This document shows, one piece after another, positions 1 through 9,834 of a stretch of DNA of 64,000 bases. Every line of letters starts with the position of its first letter. Positions within the stretch are counted from its first letter, which is position 1. Made by a program: the position numbers and the translations under genes. Under the pieces are notes generated by a model. The model was given only the letters and a program-made list of their open reading frames with translations. It had not been told where the DNA came from and made no database searches. Source of the stretch: Planctomycetota bacterium. Its GTDB lineage: Bacteria > Planctomycetota > JAJSAM01 > JAJVHW01. The DNA lies in assembly GCA_965248445.1 (NCBI GenBank), contig CBDFJG010000004.1, positions 1,056,001 through 1,120,000 of the forward strand, written 5' to 3'.

Positions 1-20
1 TGCCCGGACTAGCGTCCGAC

Positions 21-812
21 TCAGACGTGTTGCGCGCGCGCCTCGATCGTCAGGCCGTCCTTCAGGCGCATCGCGGTCAGACAACGACCCCACACGCAGC
101 CCGTGTCCAGTCCGAGCACGCCGTTCTCCTCGTACAGGCCGAGCGCGGCCCAGTGCCCGAAGACGACAGTCACTTCGCGGCTCTTGCGCTTGCGTACGCT
201 GAACCACGGTTGCAGTCCGCGCGGCGCTTCGTGCGGCGGTCCTGTGAACTCGTCGTCGCCGGTGCCGTCCGCGCGCACGCAGCGGACGCGCGTCGTCCAG
301 AAAAGGGTGTCGACAGCGCGTGCGAGATCCGGATCGCGCGGCACCGGGCCTCCTGGACGGTAGTAACCGAGCAGTCGCACCGCTTCGTCTGTACGCAGGA
401 GGTCCTCTGCGTCCCGAGCCCGCTCCTCCGCCTCGTGAACGGTCCAGCGAGGGTCGAGTCCCGCGTGGACGAGCAGTCGCTTCTTTTTCCTGTGCACGAG
501 GGGGCGGTGGCGTAGCCACTCGATCATGTCGTTGCGCTTCTTCGAGGCGAGGACGTCGCCGAACGTCGCACGGCGGGATCGGCGGACGTCGAGCGCGCAC
601 GCGATCAGGTGCAGATCGTGATTGCCGAGCACCGTCGTCGCTGCATCGCCGAGTCCGCGCACGATCTCGAGCACGCGCAAGGACGCGGGGCCCCGGTTGA
701 CGAGGTCGCCGACGAACCAGAGCTTGTCCTTCGTCCTGAGCTCCAGTGCCTCGAGCAGCGTCTCCAACTCGTCGGCGCAGCCGTGCACGTCACCGATCGC
801 GTAGATCGCCAT
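21..812 (-). CDS. apaH: Symmetrical bis(5'-nucleosyl)-tetraphosphatase (ApaH family metallophosphoesterase)
   Basis: GDVHG, GDLVNRG, GNHD, VHAG, FGHWAALG and LDTGCVWG motifs. Confidence 0.93.
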   Translation of the reverse strand: MAIYAIGDVHGCADELETLLEALELRTKDKLWFVGDLVNRGPASLRVLEIVRGLGDAATTVLGNHDLHLIACALDVRRSRRATFGDVLASKKRNDMIEWLRHRPLVHRKKKRLLVHAGLDPRWTVHEAEERARDAEDLLRTDEAVRLLGYYRPGGPVPRDPDLARAVDTLFWTTRVRCVRADGTGDDEFTGPPHEAPRGLQPWFSVRKRKSREVTVVFGHWAALGLYEENGVLGLDTGCVWGRCLTAMRLKDGLTIEARAQHV

Positions 813-816
813 GGGC

Positions 817-3030
817 CTACTCTGCCGTGATCTCCGTGAAGTCCGGCATCCAGACCGGGAGATTGCCGATCGTCTCGTCCTTCATCAACGCGTCTCCGAG
901 CGGCCAGCCCCACTTCCTGAAGTACGGCCGGAGGTCGTGCTTCACCGCCGCGGAGAGTCGCAGGGCGAACTGGTCGATGCGCTCGGCATCGGTCTTCGGC
1001 CACTTCGCTTCGCCGAGTGCCTCGTAGTCCGCGAACACCTTACGGATCTGCTCCCAGCCGAACGTCTTGACGAACTGCGCGTACGTGACGAGGGCGATAC
1101 CCGGACTCGACTTCCACTTCCTGAACGGTGCACCCGCCTCGACGTGCTTCGCCGCCTTCGCCTTCTGGTTCCCGAGCCACGAGTGATCCCACGAGGGGAT
1201 GCCGACCACCTTCTCGTGCGAGTACAGGCTGAACAGGTTGCACGTGACCTCGCCCGTCCCGCCAAACGTCCACGCCTTGCGCTGGCGGTTGTGTCCGAGT
1301 TCGTGGAAGAACCCCCAACCGCCCTCCTTCTGCAGGCGCTCGACGTCGATCATGTGGGGGAGCCTCTCACCCTTCGCCTCGACGACATCGAGGTGCGTCA
1401 TGATCGGGTAGCCCGAGTGCATGTAACCGGCGCTGATCTGCACGTCCGGGCAGAAGCGTTCGCGGCGCACCGGGACGGGGGTCATGCCCAGTTCGCAATG
1501 GGAGACCAGGACGGAATCCCACCACGCGAGCAGCGGCGCCGGGTCATCGAGGCGCCGCGCCACGCCACTCGGAACCGTGAGCACCATGTGCCGGCCTTCC
1601 AGCTCTGCCCACGGTGCCGGCGCCTTGCGCGCCACCTTCCATGACTTCACGTCGTCCTGGCCGAGGACGAAGCGTGGAGCGCGCACCGCGCCCGCGACGG
1701 AGACCGTGACCGGCCCCGCCTCGCCGCCGACGGCCTCGAAGTACACGGCGCCGCCGAACGGAGATGCGACGGTCGTCGTGCCCGCGAGATCCGTCGTGCG
1801 CGACACTTCCGGCCAGCGCTTCCACACGTCCTTGTTCCACAGCCGGTCGGAGTGTGCACCGATGCGCACGCGCCAGTCCCGCGCGGCGATGCGACGTGTG
1901 TTGGTTGAGGTGCGCCGGATCGTCAGCATCTCCCCAGGCGCAGCGTACAGGCCCGTGACGATGCGGCCCTTGACCGCGGGGTCCAGCGTGATCTCGACCG
2001 TCACGCGCTCGGCCTTTCTCGCCACGGCGCCGGGGAACTCCTCTGCGCCGGGCGCCGCGGGGATGTCGGCCGCGTGCGCGCGGCTCCACACGTCGAGGCG
2101 GTGCGCCACGGCGAGGCGGGCGAGCGGTCGCTTGCGTGAGAGAGGCTTCGAGGGACGCGGGAATGCGTTGTTCTTCACGCGGCGGACCGCCTTCTCGACG
2201 GCGGGGCGGAACACATCGTCGTCCGCCGGCAGGCTGCGGATCGCCTTCTCGATCAGGTGCACGCTGGCCGACGCCCCCTTGCCGCCCGAGACGACGCTTG
2301 CGAGCGCGCGCCCGGCGTGGGCGTCCTGGGGCCGGGATTTCGCAATGGCGAAGCGGCCGTTCTGGTTCGCGTCCGCGGTGCCGAGCGCGAAGACGAGGCC
2401 CATCGGACGCAAGACGTGGTTCTCGGGCAGGTCGTCGACGAGCGTCTTGCCGTCACGTCCGCGGATCTGCTCCCAGCCCCACGGACACTGCGCCGTGATC
2501 AGGCCGCCCCCCGCCGCGACGTACGCGGAGATTCGCGCTTCGTCTTTCGGCGTCGTGCCGCGGGCGCTGTGCCAGATCACGACGTGCGGGCGCTTCGGTC
2601 CGATGAGCAGATCCGGCGGCACGACGTCGTGGCCCATGGTCACGAGCGACTTCGCCAGGCGGTCGGGCGCACCGTCGAGTGCGACCCGCAACCTCTTCTC
2701 CCGGCCCGCGGCCCAGTGCAGCGCGTTGTCGAGCAGCACGCGCCAGGGATCGTCCTTGGCCGCGCCCGGCTTCACGCCGAAGTATCCCGAGTGCGCGAAC
2801 GCGACGACGCGCCCCTTCTCGTGCTCCGCCACGGCGATCACCGGCTCCGCGCGGTCGTTCGCGGTCAGTACCGCCTCCGCGTCCGTGCCGAACACGGAGA
2901 GCACTCCGGGCACACCGGGACGAGGGACGGTCTCGAGGTCCTGCAGGATGCGCTTCACCGGATCTCGCTCGGCGGCCGACGCAGTCGTGCCGAGTGCGAG
3001 GACGGCGACGAGCACGAGTGCGTAACGCAT
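817..3030 (-). CDS. Secreted M60-family metallopeptidase
   Basis: ATG at 3030 gives signal peptide MRYALVLVAVLALG; TGLYAAPG, APWAELEG, MHSGYP, FFHELGHN and GEVTCNLF motifs. Confidence 0.85.
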   Translation of the reverse strand: MRYALVLVAVLALGTTASAAERDPVKRILQDLETVPRPGVPGVLSVFGTDAEAVLTANDRAEPVIAVAEHEKGRVVAFAHSGYFGVKPGAAKDDPWRVLLDNALHWAAGREKRLRVALDGAPDRLAKSLVTMGHDVVPPDLLIGPKRPHVVIWHSARGTTPKDEARISAYVAAGGGLITAQCPWGWEQIRGRDGKTLVDDLPENHVLRPMGLVFALGTADANQNGRFAIAKSRPQDAHAGRALASVVSGGKGASASVHLIEKAIRSLPADDDVFRPAVEKAVRRVKNNAFPRPSKPLSRKRPLARLAVAHRLDVWSRAHAADIPAAPGAEEFPGAVARKAERVTVEITLDPAVKGRIVTGLYAAPGEMLTIRRTSTNTRRIAARDWRVRIGAHSDRLWNKDVWKRWPEVSRTTDLAGTTTVASPFGGAVYFEAVGGEAGPVTVSVAGAVRAPRFVLGQDDVKSWKVARKAPAPWAELEGRHMVLTVPSGVARRLDDPAPLLAWWDSVLVSHCELGMTPVPVRRERFCPDVQISAGYMHSGYPIMTHLDVVEAKGERLPHMIDVERLQKEGGWGFFHELGHNRQRKAWTFGGTGEVTCNLFSLYSHEKVVGIPSWDHSWLGNQKAKAAKHVEAGAPFRKWKSSPGIALVTYAQFVKTFGWEQIRKVFADYEALGEAKWPKTDAERIDQFALRLSAAVKHDLRPYFRKWGWPLGDALMKDETIGNLPVWMPDFTEITAE

Positions 3031-4010
3031 CAGAAGTCGCGTCGTCGGAAGACGAGGTAGCCGAGAGCCAGAGTGACAAGCGTCCAGACGCCGCCGGTGA
3101 CGAACACCTCCCAGTCGATGAACGGCATCGTCAGCACCGAGGTGACCGCAGCGCCGTTGATCAGCGAGAAGTTGGGGATCAGCCGCCGGGCCCACGTGGC
3201 CATGGAAGCGACCGTTCCGCCGGTTTCGATCATCCCCATGTCGATCAGCGAGATCACCGTTCCGAGCGCCGTGTCGATCACCATGTAGTAGACGTATCCG
3301 AGGACCGTCGTTAGGACGGAGCTGCGCGAGAGCATCCCCAGGAACGCCAGGAACGCGTAGAGCACGGCGGCGGCGAACATCTCGAATCCGAGAGCCATGA
3401 ACAGTCGCGCGTGCCACACGCCCGTACGCGCCCCGATGCCGACGTAGATGAGGACGTGGCACGCCAGCATCGCCACGAAGAACAGAGCAAGACCGCCGAT
3501 GTACTTGCCCAGGAAGATGCTGAGCCGTGACGTCGGTTTGGACACCACGGCGTCTACGGCCCCTTCCCGCATCATCCGCGGGAAGTACCCGGCGCACGCC
3601 GCGATGAACGCGAGCATGCTGATCGTGAAGAACGCGGATACGCAGAGCTGCAGCCACGCCTGCACGCTCTGCTCGTAGGGCGTTGTGTCGATCTCGTCCT
3701 CGAGTTCGGCGCGGCGGCTCTCGGCCCAGCGCATGAAGCGCCCCGACCCCGGCTTGCCCATCTGGACGTCCTCCTCGGCGGCCAGGTTGGTCATGTAGTT
3801 CTGCCACCACATCTCGGAGAAGAAGTCGTTCGGCTCGTCGGAGAAGACGGTGCCGAAACCGGGTTCGTCGCCGATCTGGGGCTCGAACGTCTGCGGCAGC
3901 GCGACCGTGATGATGCTGAGCAAGACGAGCATCGCGATCAGCAGGATGAACACGATCTGACGCTTCGACTCGTGCCACGTGTCGTAGACGACCGCGAGGA
4001 GGGCCCTCAT
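3030..4010 (-). CDS. ABC-2-type transporter permease
   Basis: Several TM segments; SKPTSRLSIFLGKY motif; coupled to neighbouring ATPase gene. Confidence 0.85.
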   Translation of the reverse strand: MRALLAVVYDTWHESKRQIVFILLIAMLVLLSIITVALPQTFEPQIGDEPGFGTVFSDEPNDFFSEMWWQNYMTNLAAEEDVQMGKPGSGRFMRWAESRRAELEDEIDTTPYEQSVQAWLQLCVSAFFTISMLAFIAACAGYFPRMMREGAVDAVVSKPTSRLSIFLGKYIGGLALFFVAMLACHVLIYVGIGARTGVWHARLFMALGFEMFAAAVLYAFLAFLGMLSRSSVLTTVLGYVYYMVIDTALGTVISLIDMGMIETGGTVASMATWARRLIPNFSLINGAAVTSVLTMPFIDWEVFVTGGVWTLVTLALGYLVFRRRDF

Positions 4011-4963
4011 GCGTCGCCTCCGTCCGCGCCCTCGACGATCGCGACGAATGCGTCCTCGAGGCTCACGCGGCGCGGCTCGACCGCGTGGATGGCGACACCG
4101 GCCGCTCGCAGCCGGTCGATCAGCGGCGTGACCTCTTCGGTCGCGAGGTGCAGCGTGAATCCCACCACCGGCTTGCCGTCCTTCGAGACTACTCCGAGCG
4201 AGGACGCCAACTCGGCCGGCACCGGTCCCGTGCGGAATCTCACCTCGCTCTTCGCGCGACGCGCGCTGATCAGCTCGCGCACTTCCTCGACGCTGCCGTC
4301 GTGCAGCAGCTTCCCCTCGTGCAGGATCGCCACCTCGTCGCACATCAGTTCCAGCTCGGCGAGCTGGTGCGAGTTGACGAACATCGTGACGCCGCCCTTG
4401 ACCGCGGTGCGCACGATGTCACGCACGTCCTTGCGGCCGACCGGGTCCACACCGTCGGTCGGTTCGTCGAGGAACACGAGCCGCGGACTCCCCAGTAGCG
4501 CTTGCGCGAGTCCGATGCGCTGCTTCATCCCCTTCGAGTACTTGGTGATGCGGTCGTCGGCGCGCTCGGTCATGCTGACCAGTTCAAGCTTCGCGCGGAT
4601 CTCGGACTCGAGTTCCTCGGGGTTCAACCCGGCGAGCCGTCCCATGTAGCGGCAGACGCCGCGTCCGGTCAGATGGGGCGGAAACGCGTGCCCCTCGGCC
4701 AGGTACCCGACGTCGCGGCGGGCCTCGGTGGATCGGATGTCCTGTCCGAGCAAGGTCGCGCTACCCGATGTCGGCAAGACGATCGACAGGAGCGTCTTGA
4801 CCAGCGTCGACTTTCCGGCGCCGTTCGGTCCGAGTAGCCCGAAGCAGACCCCGCGGGGGACCGAGATGTCCACGCTGTCGAGCGCCAGGATGCCTCTCCC
4901 GCGTCCGAGGAGTCCGTCGCGGTAGCGCTTGGTCAGGCCCCGGGTCTCGATCGCCAGCTCCAA
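4007..4963 (-). CDS. ABC transporter ATP-binding protein
   Basis: GPNGAGKST, YSKGMKQR, LDEP; TTG start preceded by GGAGG. Confidence 0.9.
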   Translation of the reverse strand: MELAIETRGLTKRYRDGLLGRGRGILALDSVDISVPRGVCFGLLGPNGAGKSTLVKTLLSIVLPTSGSATLLGQDIRSTEARRDVGYLAEGHAFPPHLTGRGVCRYMGRLAGLNPEELESEIRAKLELVSMTERADDRITKYSKGMKQRIGLAQALLGSPRLVFLDEPTDGVDPVGRKDVRDIVRTAVKGGVTMFVNSHQLAELELMCDEVAILHEGKLLHDGSVEEVRELISARRAKSEVRFRTGPVPAELASSLGVVSKDGKPVVGFTLHLATEEVTPLIDRLRAAGVAIHAVEPRRVSLEDAFVAIVEGADGGDA

Positions 4964-5102
4964 CGCAGCCTCCGCTTCGGCGCCTGTCTCGGTGGGCTCC
5001 CACAAGCCCGCCGAATTGTACGCAGGCGTCCAGGCTCTCATGCGCGCTGCCCGGCCGAGCCGATGCGGAATCAGGCTCGTCTTGTTGGGAGGGACCGATT
5101 CG

Positions 5103-5918
5103 ATGCAGGCAGAGCGCCCACCGTCCATATCCGGATCCACGAACACGGACGCCGCGCCGTCGGTGGCGTACTTCCGTTCTCACGGCGTCCGCATCGGGAT
5201 TGCGGCGTCGGATGACCTCACGGCGTCGTTCCTCCTCGGCGCACTGCCTCCGCGCAGCACGCCGGCCGCCCGCGGCCACGCCGACCGTCAGTACGAACTG
5301 CACCGTGATGCCCCGGACGCATTCCGTCTGCTGGCCGACGGCGAGACACTCCTGCGCGGCGCGCCGCTCGCCGAGGTCGTTCGCAAGTTCGCACGCGACG
5401 TCGATCGCGCCGTCGCCGCTCGCGCGTCGCACGTCGTTCTCTCGCTCGGGTACGCGGTCGAGTGGCAGGGTCGCGCAATCGTCATTCCCGGCGATGCGCG
5501 CACGGGCGCGCCCGAGATCGTCGCGGCGATGCTCCGCAGTGGTGCGCGGTTGCTTGCGGCGCGATGGGTACCGCTCGACGATGCCGGGATCGTGCACCAA
5601 CATGCGCGCCGGCTGCCGCTCGCCGAAGCGGACGGAACCGTCGTCATGCGCTCTGCCGAGGAACTCGGTGCCGAACGCACGACGACGCCGGTTCCGCTCG
5701 GCCGCGTGATCCTGACTTCGCAGCGAGACGGAGCTGAGTTCTCACTCCGTCCGGTCGACTCCGCCGACGCCGTTCGCACGCTCCTGGCCCGGTCGCCGCG
5801 CGCGATGCGCGAGCACGACGAGGTTGTGCACACGCTGCGCCAGGCCCTCGCGAACGCCGAGGTGTCCGGCAGCGCACACGACAAGCCGGCAGACGTCGCA
5901 GCCGCGCTACTCGGCTAG
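5103..5918 (+). CDS. HPr-kinase-related protein with degenerate P-loop
   Basis: AVEWQGRAIVIPG...GARLLA pattern; Walker A position reads GDARTGAPE. Confidence 0.5.
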   Translation: MQAERPPSISGSTNTDAAPSVAYFRSHGVRIGIAASDDLTASFLLGALPPRSTPAARGHADRQYELHRDAPDAFRLLADGETLLRGAPLAEVVRKFARDVDRAVAARASHVVLSLGYAVEWQGRAIVIPGDARTGAPEIVAAMLRSGARLLAARWVPLDDAGIVHQHARRLPLAEADGTVVMRSAEELGAERTTTPVPLGRVILTSQRDGAEFSLRPVDSADAVRTLLARSPRAMREHDEVVHTLRQALANAEVSGSAHDKPADVAAALLG

Positions 5919-6013
5919 CCCGCATCGTTCCGGGAGTCAGCCCACCTCGCTCGAAGTCCGCCTGAGCGCTGAGATTCACTTCGATCCCGCGCAACCGTGG
6001 TGAACGAAGCGGG
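5919..6013. mobile_element. 95-bp MITE-like element with IS1380-like ends
   Basis: Ends CCCGCATCGTTC / GAACGAAGCGGG resemble the IS1380 left end at 24759 (CCCGAATCGTTCACC); flanks CTAG / CTAC. Confidence 0.55.
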
Positions 6014-7822
6014 CTACGCCGCGAGAGACTCGAGCGTCGCGGTGAGTTCGAGCCACTTCGGCTCGGCATCCGCGAGTTCGCGCTCGACAGCGGAGAGTGC
6101 CGTGTAGAGCGCGGGGTCGGCCGAGTCCTTCTCGATCTTCGCGTGCAGCTCGGCCTTCTTCGCCTCGAGCCGCTCCATCTCCTGCTCGATCTTGCGCAGC
6201 TTGCGCTCTGCGGTCTTGCGGGCGTTGTTGCGGCGCTTTTCGTCAGCGCGCATCTGCTGCGGCGTCTTCGGGGCTGCATCGCCCTGTTTCGCGGTGCTGC
6301 GTCCGTTCTTCTTCGCGGGCGCCGACGCCTCGCGCGACCGGATCTGGAGCTGTTCGACGTAGTCCGCGTACGAGCCGGGAAGGCGCCGCACGTGTCCGCC
6401 GTCGACCTCGACGATCTGCGTCGCCGCCATGTTCACGAAGGTGCGGTCGTGGCTGACGAACAGCACCGCACCGTCGAAGTCGCGAAGAGCGTCGCCCAGC
6501 GCCTCGACCGTCTCGAAGTCGAGGTGGTTCGTCGGCTCATCGAGGATGAGAACGGGCTTCTTGGCAAGTAGCAGGCCGGCAAGGCACACGCGGGCGCGTT
6601 CGCCGCCCGAGAGCACTGCGATCCGCTTGTCGACATCGTCGCCGCGGAACAGCAGCGCGCCGGCCATCGCGAGAACTTGCTGCCGCGTCACGTCTCGCGG
6701 TGCGCACGACTCCATGTGCTCGAACACCGTGTAGTGGGGGTTGAGCGACTGGTAGACGTGCTGCGCGTAGTAGCTCACCTCGATGTTGTGCCCGAGCTTG
6801 ATGCGTCCGCCGAGTGCGTCCAGGTCGTCCGCCAGCGTGCGGAGCAGCGTCGTCTTGCCCTGGCCGTTGTCTCCGACGATCGCGACCTTGTCACCGCGGT
6901 CGATCGCGAGACCGACGTCCGTCGCGATCACGTGATCGGGGTAGCCGATCTCGAGCTCCTCGGTGGCAATGGCGAGCCCCGGACGACCGCCGGTCTTGGG
7001 GATGTGCACGCGTGCGGTGGCCAGCGGGTTCGCGATCGTGATCGGGCGCAGCCGCTCGATTTGCTTCCGCTTGCTGCGCGCCTGCGATGCCTTTGACGCC
7101 TTTGCGCCGAAGCGGTCCACGAACGACTGCAGGTGCTTGCGCTTCGCCTCGACGGCTGCGTTGGTGCGCCGAGCCAGGTCCATCTGCTCGGCCTTCCACA
7201 GGAAGAACTCCTCGATGTTCCCCGGGTACATGGTGAGTTCGCCGCGTTCGACGAGCAGCGTGTGGTCGCACGACGCCTTCAGGAACTCACGGTCATGGGA
7301 CACGACCAGGACTCCGCCACGGAAATCGACCAGGAAGTCCTGGAGCAGCAGCACGGTCGTCAGATCGAGGAAGTTCGTCGGCTCGTCGAGGATGAGGAAG
7401 TCCGGATCCGCGAGGAGCATCGCCGCCAGCTTGACACGCGTGCGGTACCCGCCGGACAACTCGTCCATGGTGGTGTCGAGGTTCTCCGGGGTCAGCCCGA
7501 GCTTGTGCGCGATCTGTCCGCAGCGCCACTCTTCGCTTTCGGTGTAACGCTCGAGGAACGCGCCCGCCGTCTCCTCGAGCGTGAACGCGTCATGCTGCTC
7601 GAGGTAGCCGACGCGCAGGCCGTCGGCGCAGACGATCTTCCCGTCGTCCGGTTCCTCCTGACCCAGGAGGAGCCGCATGAGTGTCGATTTGCCGGCGCCG
7701 TTCCTGCCGATGACGCCGACCTTCGTGTGCTGAAGGATCGACACGTTCGCGTTCTCGAGAACCGAAGTGGCGGCATACCGCTTCTCCACATCGGTCACGG
7801 TGAACGCCGTGGCGCCCTTCAT
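6014..7822 (-). CDS. ABC-F family ATP-binding protein
   Basis: Two ABC domains (GRNGAGKST/LSGG/LDEPTN; GDNGQGKTT/LSGGE/LDEPTNHLD), no TM, C-terminal coiled coil. Confidence 0.92.
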   Translation of the reverse strand: MKGATAFTVTDVEKRYAATSVLENANVSILQHTKVGVIGRNGAGKSTLMRLLLGQEEPDDGKIVCADGLRVGYLEQHDAFTLEETAGAFLERYTESEEWRCGQIAHKLGLTPENLDTTMDELSGGYRTRVKLAAMLLADPDFLILDEPTNFLDLTTVLLLQDFLVDFRGGVLVVSHDREFLKASCDHTLLVERGELTMYPGNIEEFFLWKAEQMDLARRTNAAVEAKRKHLQSFVDRFGAKASKASQARSKRKQIERLRPITIANPLATARVHIPKTGGRPGLAIATEELEIGYPDHVIATDVGLAIDRGDKVAIVGDNGQGKTTLLRTLADDLDALGGRIKLGHNIEVSYYAQHVYQSLNPHYTVFEHMESCAPRDVTRQQVLAMAGALLFRGDDVDKRIAVLSGGERARVCLAGLLLAKKPVLILDEPTNHLDFETVEALGDALRDFDGAVLFVSHDRTFVNMAATQIVEVDGGHVRRLPGSYADYVEQLQIRSREASAPAKKNGRSTAKQGDAAPKTPQQMRADEKRRNNARKTAERKLRKIEQEMERLEAKKAELHAKIEKDSADPALYTALSAVERELADAEPKWLELTATLESLAA

Positions 7823-7934
7823 GACGAGGCTCCGGAGCCCCTCCGGGCGGACTTTCGGGTGGCCGTTCGGTACATACGCCGCGGAGGGTACGCATCCCCC
7901 CGCGGATCGCCTACCGATGCACAGGCTCCCTCTC

Positions 7935-8036
7935 ACACCGGGTCTAACTACTCAACGTTCAGCCTCACCTTGCGCAACGAGCTGACGTCGCCCGAGTCGT
8001 CGTCAGCCTCGCAAGTTGAGGAGTTAGACCCGGTGT
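7935..8036. repeat. 102-bp element with 22-bp terminal inverted repeats (MITE/REP-like)
   Basis: ACACCGGGTCTAACTACTCAAC ... GTTGAGGAGTTAGACCCGGTGT (21/22 complementary) with an internal GCTGACG/CGTCAGC stem. Confidence 0.75.
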
Positions 8037-8039
8037 TGG

Positions 8040-8711
8040 TCAGTTCGCGACCAGGCCGTCCACGATGTGCACGATCCGGTCGGCGCGTGCAGCGACGACG
8101 TCGTCGTGTGTGACAAGCACGAGCGCCACGTTGCGGTCGCGGCGGAGGCTGTCCAGGAGGTCCAGGATCGTGGCGCCGCTCGCCGAGTCGAGGTTGCCGG
8201 TCGGCTCGTCGGCCAGCACGACCCGCGGCTCGTTGACGAGCGCCCGGGCGATGGCCACTCGCTGACGCTGCCCGCCCGAGAGCTGATTCGGACGATGTCT
8301 GGCGCGGTCTGCCAGTCCGACGGCATCGAGAAGCGCGTGTGCGCGACGCCGCTGTTCCGCGGCGGGAACGCGGAGCGCCATCAGAGGGATGGCGACGTTC
8401 TCGTCGGCGGTCAGCGTCGGGATCAGGTGGTGTAGCTGGAACACGAATCCGAGCGACTGCGCGCGGACTCGGTCCAGTCGGGCGACATCGGTCAGATCCT
8501 GACCGGCGAACCGCACGCAGCCTTCGTCCGGGCGGTCCAGCGCGCCCAGAAGGTGCATCAGCGTGCTCTTGCCGCTGCCGGACGGTCCCGTGATGGCGAC
8601 GAATTCGCCTTCGCGAATAGACATCGACACGCCGGCGAGTGCGCGGATGCGCCCGCCCTCGTACGTCTTCACGACGTTCTCGGCGGCCAGCACGACGGGC
8701 GGTGAGTCCAT
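8040..8711 (-). CDS. ABC transporter ATP-binding protein (LolD/MacB-like)
   Basis: GPSGSGKST, LSGGQRQR, LADEPTGNLD. Confidence 0.92.
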   Translation of the reverse strand: MDSPPVVLAAENVVKTYEGGRIRALAGVSMSIREGEFVAITGPSGSGKSTLMHLLGALDRPDEGCVRFAGQDLTDVARLDRVRAQSLGFVFQLHHLIPTLTADENVAIPLMALRVPAAEQRRRAHALLDAVGLADRARHRPNQLSGGQRQRVAIARALVNEPRVVLADEPTGNLDSASGATILDLLDSLRRDRNVALVLVTHDDVVAARADRIVHIVDGLVAN

Positions 8712-9814
8712 CACTCGTACCGCAACGCCTCGATGGGCTGAATGCGCGTTGCGCGCCACGCCGGATACACGGATCCGACGACGCACATCCCGATCGCCAC
8801 GATCATCGCCGTGACGTACACGCCCATTCCGTAGTCGCCGGCGACCCAGGCGAACTGCTCGAGCCGTGCGATGCCCTCGACCACGCCGACGCCGAGGAGG
8901 ATGCCGAGCGGTCCGCCGACGATCGCGATGAGCGCCGCCTCGGCCAGGATCTCGCGGACGACCATCGACCGGCTCCAGCCGACGGCCTGCAGCACGCCGA
9001 TCTCGCGCGTGCGCTCGAACACGCTCATCAGCATCGTGTTCATGACGCTGAGGCCGCCGATCGCGATGGCGAGCAGTGTGAACACCGTCGCCGCCTGATC
9101 CGCGAGGTCGAATTCGTCGAACGAGTCCGCCCACTGGGCCGGGGGTGTCGCACTCAGGTTCTCGTGAGCCGCTTCGATTGCCTGCTCCGTGGCGGCCAGT
9201 CCCTCGCGGGAGAAGTCGGAGACCGTGACCAGCGCGGTCGTCATCTTGCCCTGCAGCCCCGCGGCCTCCTGCGCGTCGGCGTAGGAGAGCAGCGCCGACG
9301 CATTCACGAACGGTGTCGCCGACTCGTGGACCCCGACGACCGTGAACTCCTTCTTCCCGAGCCGCAGCGTGTCACCCGGCGCCTTCTTCATGTTCCGTGC
9401 TGCGAGCTTGCCGAGTGAGACGCGGTCACCGGTGCCGTCGAAGATCCCCTCGCCCTCGATGATCGAGATCTGATCCATGAACGGGCTCGCGGGCGTCGTC
9501 CCGAAGAAGATGAACACCGCGAGCGGCGGCGCCTGCATGGCTCCGATCAGGACCGGCTCCGCCTGCACCACATCCGGTCGTGCCCGGAGATCGTCGAGCA
9601 CTGCCGCGTCGACGTACGAGAGGATCGGATCCGCCGCGTCTTTCAGACTGACGATCAGGTGCGCCTTGCCTGTCGCGAACATGCCGTTCACCTGGGTCCG
9701 AAACCCGCGCGCCGTGGAAGACAGTGCGACCACGATCGACACACCGATGGCCACGCCGAGCACGGTGAGAGCCGTGCGCGTGCGGCGGCGCAGCAGGTTG
9801 CGAAGCGACAGCAT
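8711..9814 (-). CDS. ABC transporter permease (MacB/FtsX-like)
   Basis: RNLLRRRTRTALT, MNTMLMSVFERTREIG, PIEALRYE. Confidence 0.92.
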   Translation of the reverse strand: MLSLRNLLRRRTRTALTVLGVAIGVSIVVALSSTARGFRTQVNGMFATGKAHLIVSLKDAADPILSYVDAAVLDDLRARPDVVQAEPVLIGAMQAPPLAVFIFFGTTPASPFMDQISIIEGEGIFDGTGDRVSLGKLAARNMKKAPGDTLRLGKKEFTVVGVHESATPFVNASALLSYADAQEAAGLQGKMTTALVTVSDFSREGLAATEQAIEAAHENLSATPPAQWADSFDEFDLADQAATVFTLLAIAIGGLSVMNTMLMSVFERTREIGVLQAVGWSRSMVVREILAEAALIAIVGGPLGILLGVGVVEGIARLEQFAWVAGDYGMGVYVTAMIVAIGMCVVGSVYPAWRATRIQPIEALRYE

Positions 9815-9834
9815 CAGTACGGAGACTCTCAGGG

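Noticed and set aside
817..3978. 1053-aa ORF as a single protein
   Set aside because: The first ~316 codons are a shadow of the permease gene; the signal peptide starts at 3030.
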